Assembly: GCA_000165425.1 (NCBI GenBank)
Contig: CT868009.1
Coordinates: 124,001-188,000, forward strand
Origin: Paramecium tetraurelia
Lineage: Eukaryota
Direction of reading: 5' to 3'
DNA: 64,000 bases
The stretch's first letter is position 1. Each line of letters starts with the position of its first letter. Position numbers and translations under genes: made by a program. The notes beneath the pieces were generated by a model that saw nothing but the letters and a program-made list of their open reading frames with translations, had not been told where the DNA came from and did not search any database. Of the stretch, positions 51,710-64,000 are shown piece by piece.

Positions 51710-54700
51710 ATGAGTTTTTTTCAAGTGAGCATCATGTTGGGTCTTGTAAATTTAGTGTTTGCAATAACCTCAACGAAACTACCTCAAGGTGGCACTCAAT
51801 TCTAAAATTGCTTGCATGTAGAAAAGGGAAATTGTTAATAATGTTCAGCATTACATTTTTTGTTTACTTTGCCTCGTGATCATGAGAATTTAGGTTTAAA
51901 GGCAGGAACTAGAGTTTGCGTAAAATGGTACTTCTAACAAATATCTCTTAGCCCTTACTTTGGTTATTTAGATGAGAATAACCTGTATTGCGGAGATTGT
52001 ATTGACAATAGTCAAACTTGGGATCAGAATAGACTTTGCACTTATGATTTCAAAACAAAATCCTCTACAATTACTTCCATTTTCCATAAAGTTGAGAGAC
52101 CTGCAAAACAGCTATTTTATATTGTGTAATCTGGCGCTAATGATGTAAAATCTAAATTGTATTTAGTTTAATTCAATAATGTGTGATGGGTGCTCTAACT
52201 TTTGTAAATCAAAGAGCCAAACATGTTTTCCAGTTTCTTAACAATTTTAATATGATTTGAACAATCCATACATTTAATGCGCATAGGGTAATATATGATG
52301 AAATTTTAGGATATGCATTCAATGATGCTATTTAGGGATGTGATTCATGTCCTGACAATTGTTAATCGTGTTAGATTAACATAGTGAGGACATTGGACAG
52401 TGCAGGAAAAATAATTGTAACTACAAAGAAGAAGTGTTTAATATGTAATGCAGGTTTCAGTTTATTGAGTATAAGAATGAAAAGCAATAGAAATATTATG
52501 TAAACATTATGCATGGCTTGCAAAACTGGTTGTAGCTAATGTTACTTTGGGAAAAATCAAGTAAATTTAAACTAAGACCCTTGGGATGACTATAATAAAT
52601 TTGACTCAGTAACTGATCCCAATGAATTGGATTTAGTGTTTATTGATGATCCTGAAAATAATCCTCCTATTTAGACCTTTTTTGATAAATTATGGGAGGC
52701 GCATCAAATTGCATAGAGGTGTAGTGTTTGTACAAGTACTTCCTAGAGCACTTTCATTCCTTCACTTGATAGAATTTCATGTGAAAGATGCGGTACAAAC
52801 TGTAGGAGATGTGAATATGTTTCATATACTTTAACTGAGAATAAATAGTAAAATTGATAATCATTATTTAGTCCAACTCGAGTTTAAAATATTGTTATAG
52901 AAGCAAGTGGTAAAAGTCCTGAACCTGCATTGACTGAATAAGCCAAAGCTCCATATGTCTTTCGTTGTCGAGAATGTGACGATTATACATAAACGTTTGT
53001 GGCTTTGGGGAATGCATGCATGGATTGTTCTAATTTATTAAATTGCAAATTATGTCATAAATAAGGAGACGCTACTTCAGGAGGGGATGCTACATTTTCC
53101 ACTTTGACTCCAGATTTCACTCCTCTTGATAAAGAAGAGTTATCTATTCAAAAATGTTTGGTTTGCCAAGATGGTTTTTATTATAATAAGGCTACGTCAT
53201 CTTGTTAAGCAATACTAATAGTAGATGTCTCTGTTTCAACAGGATGTTTAACGTATGATTTTGTCACTAAGGATTGCAAGAAATGCACAACTGGCTACAC
53301 CCTTTACAAAGATGCAGGAGATGGAATTTGGAAATGTAGTTTTGACTGTTAACAAAACGTGTAAGATTTCTTATGCCAAACATGTGTCAAATAAGGGACT
53401 AAATACAGATGTTTGTAATGTTTAGATGGATATTACGTTGACGTTAAACTCGGCACGTGTAAACCATGCTAGAACAATAATAGCTATTGTAAGAATTGTT
53501 ATACGTTGTCCCTCAAAAGCATTCATCGAACTGATTATTACCTTTATGAATATGACGGAGAATCTGAAATATATGGACCATATTGTTATGCCTGTACGGC
53601 TGGTGATACATAGAGAGGACCTAAATTTAATGAGGATTTGAGAATATGTGAAAAAGGAAAAGATAATTGTGATGATTTCTAAGCCAAAGGAACAAGAGGA
53701 TATTGTGATAAATGCGTAGAGCTTGTTCCAAATATATTTCTAACATCAAAGTCAGCCTCTCTTGATGGAACTGATTGTATACTCTGCCCCGAGAATACTA
53801 TAGGATGCAGAGAGAGGGATTCAACTGAGCTTATGTCTTCAAATAAATACTTCGCTCCTACTGAAGATGGTCTTACTTTATTTTCTTACATAGCATTTAA
53901 ATGCGATCCACTTACTTCTTATCTTGATGCTAATATAGGTAGATGTTAAACACCAAAAGATGGCTATGCATATTTGTATGAAGACACTATCATAATCACT
54001 GCTGATTGCGTTTAAAACTTGCCACACCTTGACTCAGTTTGGAGACTAAATTCCTAATACTCAGATATCACTTAAAAGACAGCAACCTTGATTCTTGAAG
54101 ATGCTGTGTCTACAACCATTAACTCTGCCAAACTTAAAGAATACAATACTAAATCTCTTAGTAAACTCACAATTAATCTAAATTTTAATTTCAATGGTGA
54201 TTAAAATAACAATCGTTGTTACTTCTAGAAAGATACTTTCATCTCAACTAATCTAAGGAAGAACATCTTTGCTTTGAAAGATCTAGAACTTGTAATTAGT
54301 GCACCTGGCATTCCTATTGGGCAAAGAATTCAATGGTATATCATGAATACTGTTTACTTTGAATATTTCACCTCTGTGACAATAAAAGATATTGAAATAT
54401 TGCCAGCAACTGATTTAAATACTTTGAATCTCTACAACAATGTTGAAAGGTATGATAAACCTTTTGGATTTGAATTCTTGAAAAATGAGGGATCAAAATT
54501 CTAAATGGAGAATGTCAAAATCAATAATGGCTATGCAGAAGCTCATTATAATTCAAATGATTATACAACTCCATATAGTGACACTGCATAATCCCTTAAA
54601 AAATATAAGCCATTTTTCACAGTACTTTTGAATACATATAGCATTACATTGAAGAATGTCATCTTTCAATCCCAAAACTATTTAATGGGGACAGATCTAT

Positions 54701-57700
54701 CCTACTAAGCTAAGCCTTTCGGATTGGTGTATGAGAATAATGTTACATTCTAATATCTGAACATAAGATTGGAGAATGTCGTATTTTAGGATTTCGCTGT
54801 AGAAGATCAAGCTATTTTTGAGTTGTAAGACATGACCTTAGTGACAGCTCCAGAGTGGAATAGCAAGATTTATGTGAAGAATGTGCATTTTAAGGATTGC
54901 TACTTTATTAATGATGGAGCATTCCTAAGCACGAAATTGTCTGAAAAGCCAACAGGTATGATCTTAATCGATAATATGTATATGGATAATATTGAATACA
55001 ATAATTCAAGGGGAATAGTAGACTTTTAAACTATGCAGAAAGTCTAAATAAATGGATTCAATATGATTAACAGTCGAGTCAATTACACCACATTATTTCA
55101 CATTACTACTATTGACATGAGCAGAGTTTACATGTACAATACAACATTTACTTATTTTGGCAAGATGGTTTAGACTCAATTCGATATCTTCACAATAAAG
55201 CCAAATGATGTGATATATTCTGGAATGGCTTTGAGTTTTACTGATTTAGAATTCAATAAGATCAATTGTTTATATCCTGCATGCATAATGTAATTGAGTG
55301 GAATTAAGAATGACTATGAATTACCAATAAACATATCGATGAGTAACATTATTGTCTAGCAGATAAATTCACAGGGCTTCAATGAAACGATATGGGAGGC
55401 AGCAACAAGTGCGGCAATCCAAATTTACAAATCTCATATTTTGTAAGTCTAAAACTTTGAAAGTATTTAAAATCCAGATCTGACAATATTCTATACAGAA
55501 CAAGTGGATGATACTACTTTTATCAATTTGAAATGTCGTCAAAACTTTGATTTAAGTATTAGAAATAACTACTGTGTATTTTTGAACAATTTCTACAAGA
55601 AGATTAAAATGGTTGATGTTGAATTGATAAATTTGAATGGAATTGACAATTCATTTATTGGGCTCTCTTCTTGGAATAATTTGGTTTACAATACAAGTAG
55701 TGAAGACTTCAAAGAAGAAATACTATTAGAGAATATAGTAGTTCAATATTGTACGATAACGACGACAGTATTGGCAGTCCCTTCAAGTGCTATTCTGATA
55801 GATTCAACCTAAGAGCAATTAGTGACCATGAAGAACATGAACTTTTATAACAATAAACATTTCTCTGCATCCTATTTAAAGGGAACTCTAAGACCTAGCA
55901 ATCCAACCTTCTTGATTAGAAGTGTTGTAGGTACATTGAACTTGCAGAACTCTTTTTGGAAAAATAATCAAGTAAGTGGGTATGGAGCTGTGTTGTATTT
56001 AGAATGTGGAATTTAAGTGATCAAAAATATTTCAATGCTCAACAGTAATTATGATGCTACATCATTCATTAATTAGAATCCATTTTCTTAAACGATCAAT
56101 AGCTTGGTTGAAGGAGGACATTTGTTTTTAGCTGGTTATAATATTTAATTGTTGGATTCATCGTTTAGTAATTCAACAGGGAAAGTTGGAGGCGGTATTT
56201 ATTTGAAGGCTCAGAAGGAGGGACAAGTCTATTTTAATAACACTTCAATCACAAATGCATTGACTCCGATGGATGGGGGAGTAGTCTCAAGAGGAGGATG
56301 CATCTATGTAGATTCAACCTATTCACAATTGAGTATGCTCATGGAGAACATGGATTTGAAAGGATGTATTGCAAGAGCTGATGGTGGTGGAATTTATGTG
56401 ACTGCTTCAGATAGACAATAGCAATTTACAATTAGAAGCAGTATCATATCAAATTGTTATGGTTTGAGTGGTACATCAATAAAGGTGAAGTTTGATGAGA
56501 GAACTTAAGCAGTACAGAAGACTACATTGGTTGGAGTGAAAATTTCAGGCAATTACACCAATGCTTTGGATTATTTCAGCAATTTGACCAATTTCTAAAT
56601 AATTGAGGAATTCTTGTTGGTTAAACGAATGGCTGCTTTTGAGTAAGACAATGGGCAAGTTGAAGTTCAGAATTGTTATAGTGAAGGACTCTATTATTTT
56701 GGATTTATTTCACTTCAAAATCCTAGTCTGGTAAGATTCAACACTATTGAATCCTAACATAGTGTGTTATCATATAGACCATACATCGAAGTGATTGAAC
56801 CATTGGCAAACCCAATCTTCATAGATTCAGTGCAATTTAGAAATATATCATCTATGAATGTCACTGTTGTTTGCAATGAAGCAAAATTGACTAATGAATA
56901 GAATGCCATTTGTAAGATATTGTAATCTCGAGTTGACTTTCCTGAATATATTATAAATCCAGCCATGATGTTGGTTGATCAGATTACCAAAAGTACACCT
57001 TTAACGATGAGGAATGTCTTCATCAATAGAGTAAAATGCAAGGAATGTTATGGAGGATTAGTTTAAGTAATGAGAGTATCAAATAGTGAAATGAGAGAAC
57101 TAGTTCAATTAAGTGTTTGCAGATGTTCTAATTCAGAGGCAGCATATTATGGATGCTACATGGTTTCATCAGTCTAACATTCTAGTTTATTAAAAAAGGA
57201 AGACTCTCAAATTGGTATTGGCTTTAGTTCTTCATTAAGTTTGGACTCAATATTAACAAAAACAGGGTTGAAAAGCAGAAGGCGAATTCTGTAAGCACAA
57301 TATTCACCATCTGATTACAGTTATGCTGTCCCATTGCCTTCTTATATGGCTCACGTGATAGTAGATTCTTTGAACATACAAGACGTCAGAGCAATTCATG
57401 GTGGAGGTGTTTCAATCTATGGTCTCACTGCAAATATTACAAGTGCCTATTGTACATAGTCCGTAGTGATTGGTCAAGGAGGATGTGTCTATTATGAAGC
57501 ACAAGAAAAAAATAATAAGGTAGTGTATTAGAGATTGAATATTGGATCCAGTGTATTCTTTAGGAATAATGCCAGCATCGGTGGAGCAATCAGAGTCAAG
57601 CAAAGTGGCATCAATGATTGGACTAAGACTTCAAATACTATGCTCTAAAATTATGCCTCATTGTTTGGTAATGATGTTGCTGGATACCCAACACATCTAG

Positions 57701-60019
57701 GAATCATGGTCAATGGAAGATTACAAAACTCAAGTTACATTTATGATAACACAGAATGGCTTCATTATCCATTGGTTATTAAGAGTGGTTAGGAAATGTC
57801 TGGATTTGAAAATCAAACTGTCCTTTTGGTTTTCCTCAATGAAAATAATGAAGCTATGAAGTATTAATTTGAATCTTAATCCAACGTTCATGCTAATCTA
57901 ACAAATACCATTTAAGGAGAATCGTTGAGAATCTTTAATTTGGATCAATAAGGTTTTGTCTACTCCAATTTACAGATATTATTTGACCCCTATCAAAATG
58001 TCACTCTGGATGTTCAATTGAACAGTTCACTTGTCAACATTCCTCGTTACTATAGTCAATACCCATATCAACTCATTGGATTTGATACAGATTACGTTCT
58101 ATAGGCTAGAATAAGATCAGTGGAATGTGATCGAGGAGAAGCGTACAATCCACAACAAGGTTCATGCACTCCTTGTCCGATAGGATAATATGTTCTGGCT
58201 TATAAGGGGATTTGCAAATAGATAGATGATACATCAATGACTTACACCAGGATGAATTAAATTAGCATCAAAAATCAATATTGGAGACCAGACCATTTAA
58301 ATGATTTGCCTGAGAAGTGTAAAAACAAGCCAGTCAATTGTTATGGAGGATTTAATGTTGGAAATGATTTGTGCTATGAAGGTATGATCGGAGCACTTTG
58401 CGAAGAGTGCGATATTTATGGCATATATTGGGATGCAAAATACAGTAATTCAGCCAAATATGAATGCGGTACTTGTTAGGATAGAACAAGGAACCTTATT
58501 ATGATAGTCTTTTTGAGTATATTCACATTGTATTCCACCATTTCCTCAGTAAAGGCAAATTAAGAGAGAATGGAGAATTGTGTCCTTTACGATATATTTG
58601 CTCTACTTGGATGGGCTTCCTCTTAAAAGGCCAGTGGTAATGTTGCAGTATTAATGAAAATATTTAACAATCACACATAAATATTGTCGATTTTGAGTGG
58701 GTTTTAGATAGAAATACCGAATGAAACGGTGGATTCAGTCAACACTGTGAGTATGCCTGCAAAAACAATAGGTAATTCATTGGATTGCTTTTTGGTTGAA
58801 AACACTTGGGGTATAGATCTGATCTACTTCCGTTTAATTTGGTCATTGATTATGTAAGTCATTTACATTTTGATGATGCTCATAATCATTTTTGTGAGTG
58901 TAGCCATAGGCAAAATGTAATTCAAAGTCTAATATTTATACACCATGGCAATATATCTATTTGTATTTCTACAGCCAAATTATGTGATGGAATTCATGAC
59001 ATTGATATCAAGTAGGGTCATCTCAGGTAATTATTACATCATGGCTAATGTATCATACAGATATGACACTTTTAAACATGATTAATGGATAGCTGGTTTT
59101 GGAGTGCCAGGTCTATTGTTGTGGGTGCTTGTATTGCCAACAGCCTTTTGGTACGTATGCTATCAAGGAGCTTAATAAATGAAATTGAATTCCTTTAGAT
59201 TTAGTTAGTCCTGGGGATTCTTTTATCATGAATACAGAAGAGACAGATATTATTGGGAATTCATTAAGATATTTTACCGTTCTTTGATTAGTATTCTGAT
59301 TTGCTATTTCTAAGAGGAAATCATCGTAAAAGTAAGAATGTTCTCTTATTCTAGGGTATTTTGTCTTTTCTTGTTGTGTATGCATATTACGGACTAAGCA
59401 CACACTTCAATCCTTATAATTTAAGGGTGACCAACGATTTAGACTAGTTATCGACAGTGGTCTTATCGTTATCGCTCATAGTGGGTGTCTTCCTTTATAG
59501 AACCATTGACATTGACTTTTATGGTCTGACATATGCAGGGTATGTACTGATTGGCCTTCTGAATGCTGTGTTTTTGCTTTTATTCTTCTACAATCTGTTC
59601 AAGGGGAAGTTGTAGGAGTTTGCACCAAAATTGGATGACGTTCGGGAGAAGGTTAAGGAGAAGTTCCCTCATCTTAATAACAATCCTCGTCTTCGTCCTT
59701 ATCTGCAGAATCAGACCTAGTTGAATCATAAGGCGAGGTTGGAATGGGTTGAGTTGAGCAAGATTGTGAATCGTGGGATTATGTTGTGGAGGGCTGATAA
59801 ATCGAAACCTTTGTAATTCTTCAGAGTGTAATTAATTAATGAAATGTTAGTACTGATGTTCCAAAGAGCGATTACAATACAAAAATTAACTAAATTCATT
59901 AAGAGTTCGGTTCTGAGAGTGATGATTAGAACTTGTTGTATGGTGATGGGCTACATTCAATTTAGATGTCAAAGGAGAACATCTAAGATGAGGGGAAGGA
60001 GAAATATATATATCAATGA
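51710..60019 (+). CDS. Giant surface protein (~2700 aa): signal peptide, furin-like Cys-rich repeats, pectin-lyase-like beta-helix, Cys-rich juxtamembrane domain, multi-pass C-terminus
   Basis: MSFFQVSIMLGLVNLVFA; many CxxC..C..GY/F repeats; GYGAVLY, GGGIY, GGCIY and GGAI motifs; CYEGMIGALCEECD; WGFFYHEYRRDRYYWEFIKIFYRSLI with about seven TM helices. Confidence 0.88.
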
Positions 60020-60057
60020 TATTCACTCTATATTTTAGATATTAATTTTTTTAAATT

Positions 60058-62836
60058 ATGTCAAGTGTTGGTGATGATTCAGACAGCTATGAAAACAAGA
60101 AGCCATCCTCGTACGGTGTAAGTCAATCCATCATATTCTAGTCTGTAATACTTATAGTGTTGACCTTGGCAGGCATAGCCGGATTTACAGCTTATGCTAT
60201 CATGAGTTCAGAAGATTCTAATTCTACCCTCTTGGAAACAGTATTCAACTAGAATGCGGTCCTTGATACGTATTGGAATCAGAAGTTCAATAACACATTG
60301 GCAAAACGAGTACGTGTGAAGGTGAGAATGGATTCAGACAATGAACTTACAGTGAAGATCGGAGATGCTGATGAACCGGGATTCGAACTTCCTGAAGATT
60401 CTGAATATTTCCCAAGAGACTCGAATTCCAAAGATACTAAGGACGGCAAGAGGAGTTATAGAGTGGATTTGAAACAGAATGGATCATTCACTATATATAG
60501 AGTCAAGGACGGAGAGGATATTGACACAATATTTGATTCAGTAGGACATCAATTGATAGTGGCCTAAGATTACACATAATTCGCAACCACACTTAATAGT
60601 AAATACTTATATGGAATGGGTCAAAGAAGAAAGGAACTGCGTTATAAAGGGACAGGCAATTACACCACATGGCCCAAAGATCAATTTGGTACCAATGACT
60701 ATGGTTCACCAGGAAATCAACTCTATGGATACCATCCTATGTGGTTGACCTATGAGAAATCAGGAAACTACCATGTTGGATTCCTGAAGAGCACATCAGC
60801 ATTGTTGACACAAATCGACGAAGCCTAAAGAATGGTCTTCCATGTTGTCGGTGGCAACATAGTTCTTAAATTCTTCTTGGGTCAATAGGAACCAGAAAAG
60901 GTCATCAAAAGTTATCATCGATACATAAATGGATTCGGATTACATCCATTTTGGGCCCAAGGTTATCATCAATGTCGTTGGGGCTATAAATCTACTACAC
61001 AAATGCTAGATGTCTTATAAAACATGGCAACCATTGAACATCCTGTAGAATCTATGTGGAATGATTTAGATTACATGACTAACTATCAAGTCTTTACTTT
61101 GGACACTGAGAAATTCAAAAAAGAAGATATGAAAAAACTGGTTGATAGATCCACTCCTCAAGGAATCCATTGGGTTCCTTTGGTCGATATTGGAATAGCC
61201 ACTAAAACTAAAGCAGAAGAAATAGGAAATGAATTTGATATCTTCCTTAAATCATCTGTTTACTCCAAGGAATCGAAACCATCCAATTTAGAAGGGTGCG
61301 TTTGGCCAGGAGCTGTAGTGTTCCCAGATTTTAACAATCCAAAAAGCTAAGATTATTGGACAAATTGTTCTGAATTGATGAGAGATTAAGGAATGGAACC
61401 ATCTGGTTGGTGGATTGACATGAATGAAATGGCCTCCTTTATCCCAGGAGAAAGAGACACATCTGCAGCCGTAGATGAAGCATGTTATGGAGCCAATCCT
61501 CCTAGTCCTCCCCCAGTCAAAAAAGAAATTGATGATAGACTCTGGTTCCCAGTTCTTGTAACTGGATTCCAACCATTAGCTCATAAGACTGTCAGTTTGA
61601 ATGCAGTTCATTATGGCAAGGAAGACGGAGTCCTTTTGAAAACTCCTGTTAAAGAACAATACTTCCATTCCTTAAACAACTTGGGAGAATAGATTGCCAC
61701 TCATAAGACCTTATAAAAGTTTACAAATAAGACTTTGACCTTCTCTCTTACTCGTGGCTCCATCTATGGTTCAGGAAGATACACTGCCTTATGGACTGGA
61801 GATAATTTGGCTGACTGGGAATTTTTGAGATTGGGTGTTTCTGAATTGTTATCTTTCTAATTTTATGGTATTCCCTTGGTTGGTAATGATCTCTGTGGAT
61901 TTGCTGGCAACACTAATCCTGAATTATGTGCTCGTTGGTTGGCTTTGGGAGCTTGGGAACCATTCGCTCGTAATCACAATGATAATGAGAGCATTTCTCA
62001 AGAGCCATACTCCTTTGCTGAAGCCTATGTGAAGGATGCTTCAGTTGCAGCTTTTAAGAATAGATATTCTCTCCTTAAATGGATGTACTCACTCTTTGTC
62101 AACTCATTTGAACCAGATCTAGGAGCAGGAACAGGTACTATCATATAACCCATTTGGTGGAATAACCCAGACGATGAATTTGCATATTAATTTGAAGATT
62201 CCGAATTCCTTTTTGGTAACACCTTTTTGGTTGCTCCAGTTTTGAGTAGAAGTTCGGATTTTGCCTCCTAAAAGACAACCATTAAAGTGTACTTCCCAAA
62301 AGGTTCTTGGATCAATTGCGATGACTTTAAGACAATTTACACTTATAAGGAGAAAACATCACTAGAATTCACAAGGGCTTTCAATCAACAAGCCTTGTCG
62401 TTCCAAAAAGAAGGGTAATGAGTATTTCCATATTTTTAGTACTCTCGTATTCAGATAAGATCCAAAATAGAGAGCTAGATTGTTAGATTCCAAGTATAGC
62501 ATTTATGCCTTCCTCAACTCTGAAGGAATGGCTGTTGGCCAAATTATGACTCTTTCAAATTTCGATGAAAACGACGATAATAATGTTGCAGCTAAATGTT
62601 GGACCAAAGGTTCCAATTGCATTGCTGTCTACACTATTAAGGCACTCGAGGATAACAAATTTTCAATCTCTATTAAAGGATAAGAAGCTTCAACCATCTT
62701 TGAGCCAATCATCATTCAAAAGGTTATTATTAATAATAAGGGTGAAAAACTGGAATTCACTATTAATGAGGAAGTGACAAAAGCAGGAGAATTCATTATA
62801 CCTTTGACTTCAAATTTGAGAGTATAATAATAATGA
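60058..62836 (+). CDS. Glycoside hydrolase family 31 alpha-glucosidase with N-terminal signal anchor
   Basis: YLYGMGQ; LYGYHP; WAQGYHQCRWGY; WNDLDYM; VWPG; catalytic WIDMNE and WTGDN; GIPLVGNDLCGF; ARNHN. Two tiny introns. Confidence 0.95.
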
Positions 62837-62958
62837 ATTACATATATTTAACTATTAATTGAAATTTCAAGTGTCGATTCTCCCAATTCTATTATCTACC
62901 TATTCACTTTCATAACTATTAAAATCAAATTTTCTTGTCAATATTAAATTTAATAGAT

Positions 62959-64000
62959 ATGATCACAGAACCCAGGGGAAACTATATTGTCAGACTGGAC
63001 AAGATATTGGGGTAAGGATCATTCGGAAAAGTGTTCACTTGTTACAAAAAAGATGATCCAAATGAGGAATTCTGCATGAAAATAATTAAAAAATAAGACA
63101 TATGTGATTCAGATTAGGATTTCAAAAAGAAGCAACTGGAGGCAGAAATGAAAGTAATTAAAGAGCTCAAAAATACAGACAGTGAAAATTTAGTTAAATT
63201 GATTGAGGTGATTGATTCACCTTAAGAATTGTGCATAGTTATGGAATTATGCGAATGTGATCTGTCCATAGAGTATCACAATTTAAAATAAAAAAAATCA
63301 TGGTTCTCAAGATTGGAATAAATCGATATAATAAAATAAATACTTAAAGGAGCCAAAGTCTTAATTGAGAATAAATTCGTTCACAGAGATATCAAACCAT
63401 AGAACATATTGGTGAAAATTGTTAATAAAGGGAAAATAAATTAAAGAAAAATCTATAAAGTGAATTTTATCTCTTATTATTGCTTAGTTAGCTGATTTTG
63501 GTTTCGCTAAAGCTTTAGATGACATTTACAAAAAAGCTGCGTTGACTAGAGTTGGCACCTTCGTCTATTGCGCTCCTGAAATCATAAAAGGTCTGAATTT
63601 TTCTGCTAAATGCGATATCTTCTCCTATGGAGTTGTTTTTCATCAAATTGTTTATGAAGGATAATTTCCAGACAACTATTCAACTTAATATTAAATGTAG
63701 GAATTTATTAATAAAATCGAAAAGCATCCTTACTAATGCAATAAATTGAAAGGGGAATATGGTGATATGCTCAAAGATCTAATTTAAAGGATGTTACTTT
63801 ACAATCAAGATGCTCGAATTTCATTTGAAAGCTTGCTTTCTCATGAAATTGTAACATTGAATATACCTATGATCCAGGATTCTCTATTTATAAAAATGGA
63901 TACACCATTTAATAAGGATTAGATACAATAATAACAGATTGAAAACTAACAATCTAAATATTCCAAAATACAATCACTTATTGATATTTTTTACAGAAAA
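62959..64000 (+). CDS. Ser/Thr protein kinase, truncated by the window end
   Basis: LGQGSFGKV; FCMK; HRDIKPQNIL; ADFG; GTFVYCAPE; CDIFSYG. All catalytic motifs are intact. Confidence 0.92.

Overview
This is AT-rich, gene-dense ciliate macronuclear DNA, most likely from Paramecium. TAA/TAG read as Gln, TGA is the only stop, genes carry many 20-32 nt GT..AG introns, and intergenic gaps are often under 30 bp. The supplied ORF track uses the standard code and fragments nearly every gene, so I re-translated the window by hand with the ciliate code and derived about 30 gene models; exon boundaries are approximate. Recognisable genes: Rab2, an MFS transporter, a cyclic-nucleotide-binding protein, a CDPK-like protein, kinesin-2, a YTH-domain protein, an ICL-type centrin, a twin-CX9C protein, a tetraspanin, a giant Cys-rich/beta-helix/multi-TM surface protein, a GH31 alpha-glucosidase and a truncated Ser/Thr kinase. 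The items most worth following up are: (1) a GC-rich, highly structured intergenic element at ~44190-44512 in which two foldable units end in the same AGCAAGCAATA motif (candidate ncRNA or inserted element); (2) a lipid-anchored CDPK pseudokinase; (3) three divergent transcription-factor candidates (TFIIB-like, TAF12-like, CudA/STAT-like); (4) a receptor-like TM-ectodomain-TM-HAMP-TPR-vWA protein; and (5) divergent gene pairs with almost no spacer. No rRNA, tRNA, CRISPR array, telomere or transposase was recognised. All family calls come from motifs recognised by eye, not from database searches.
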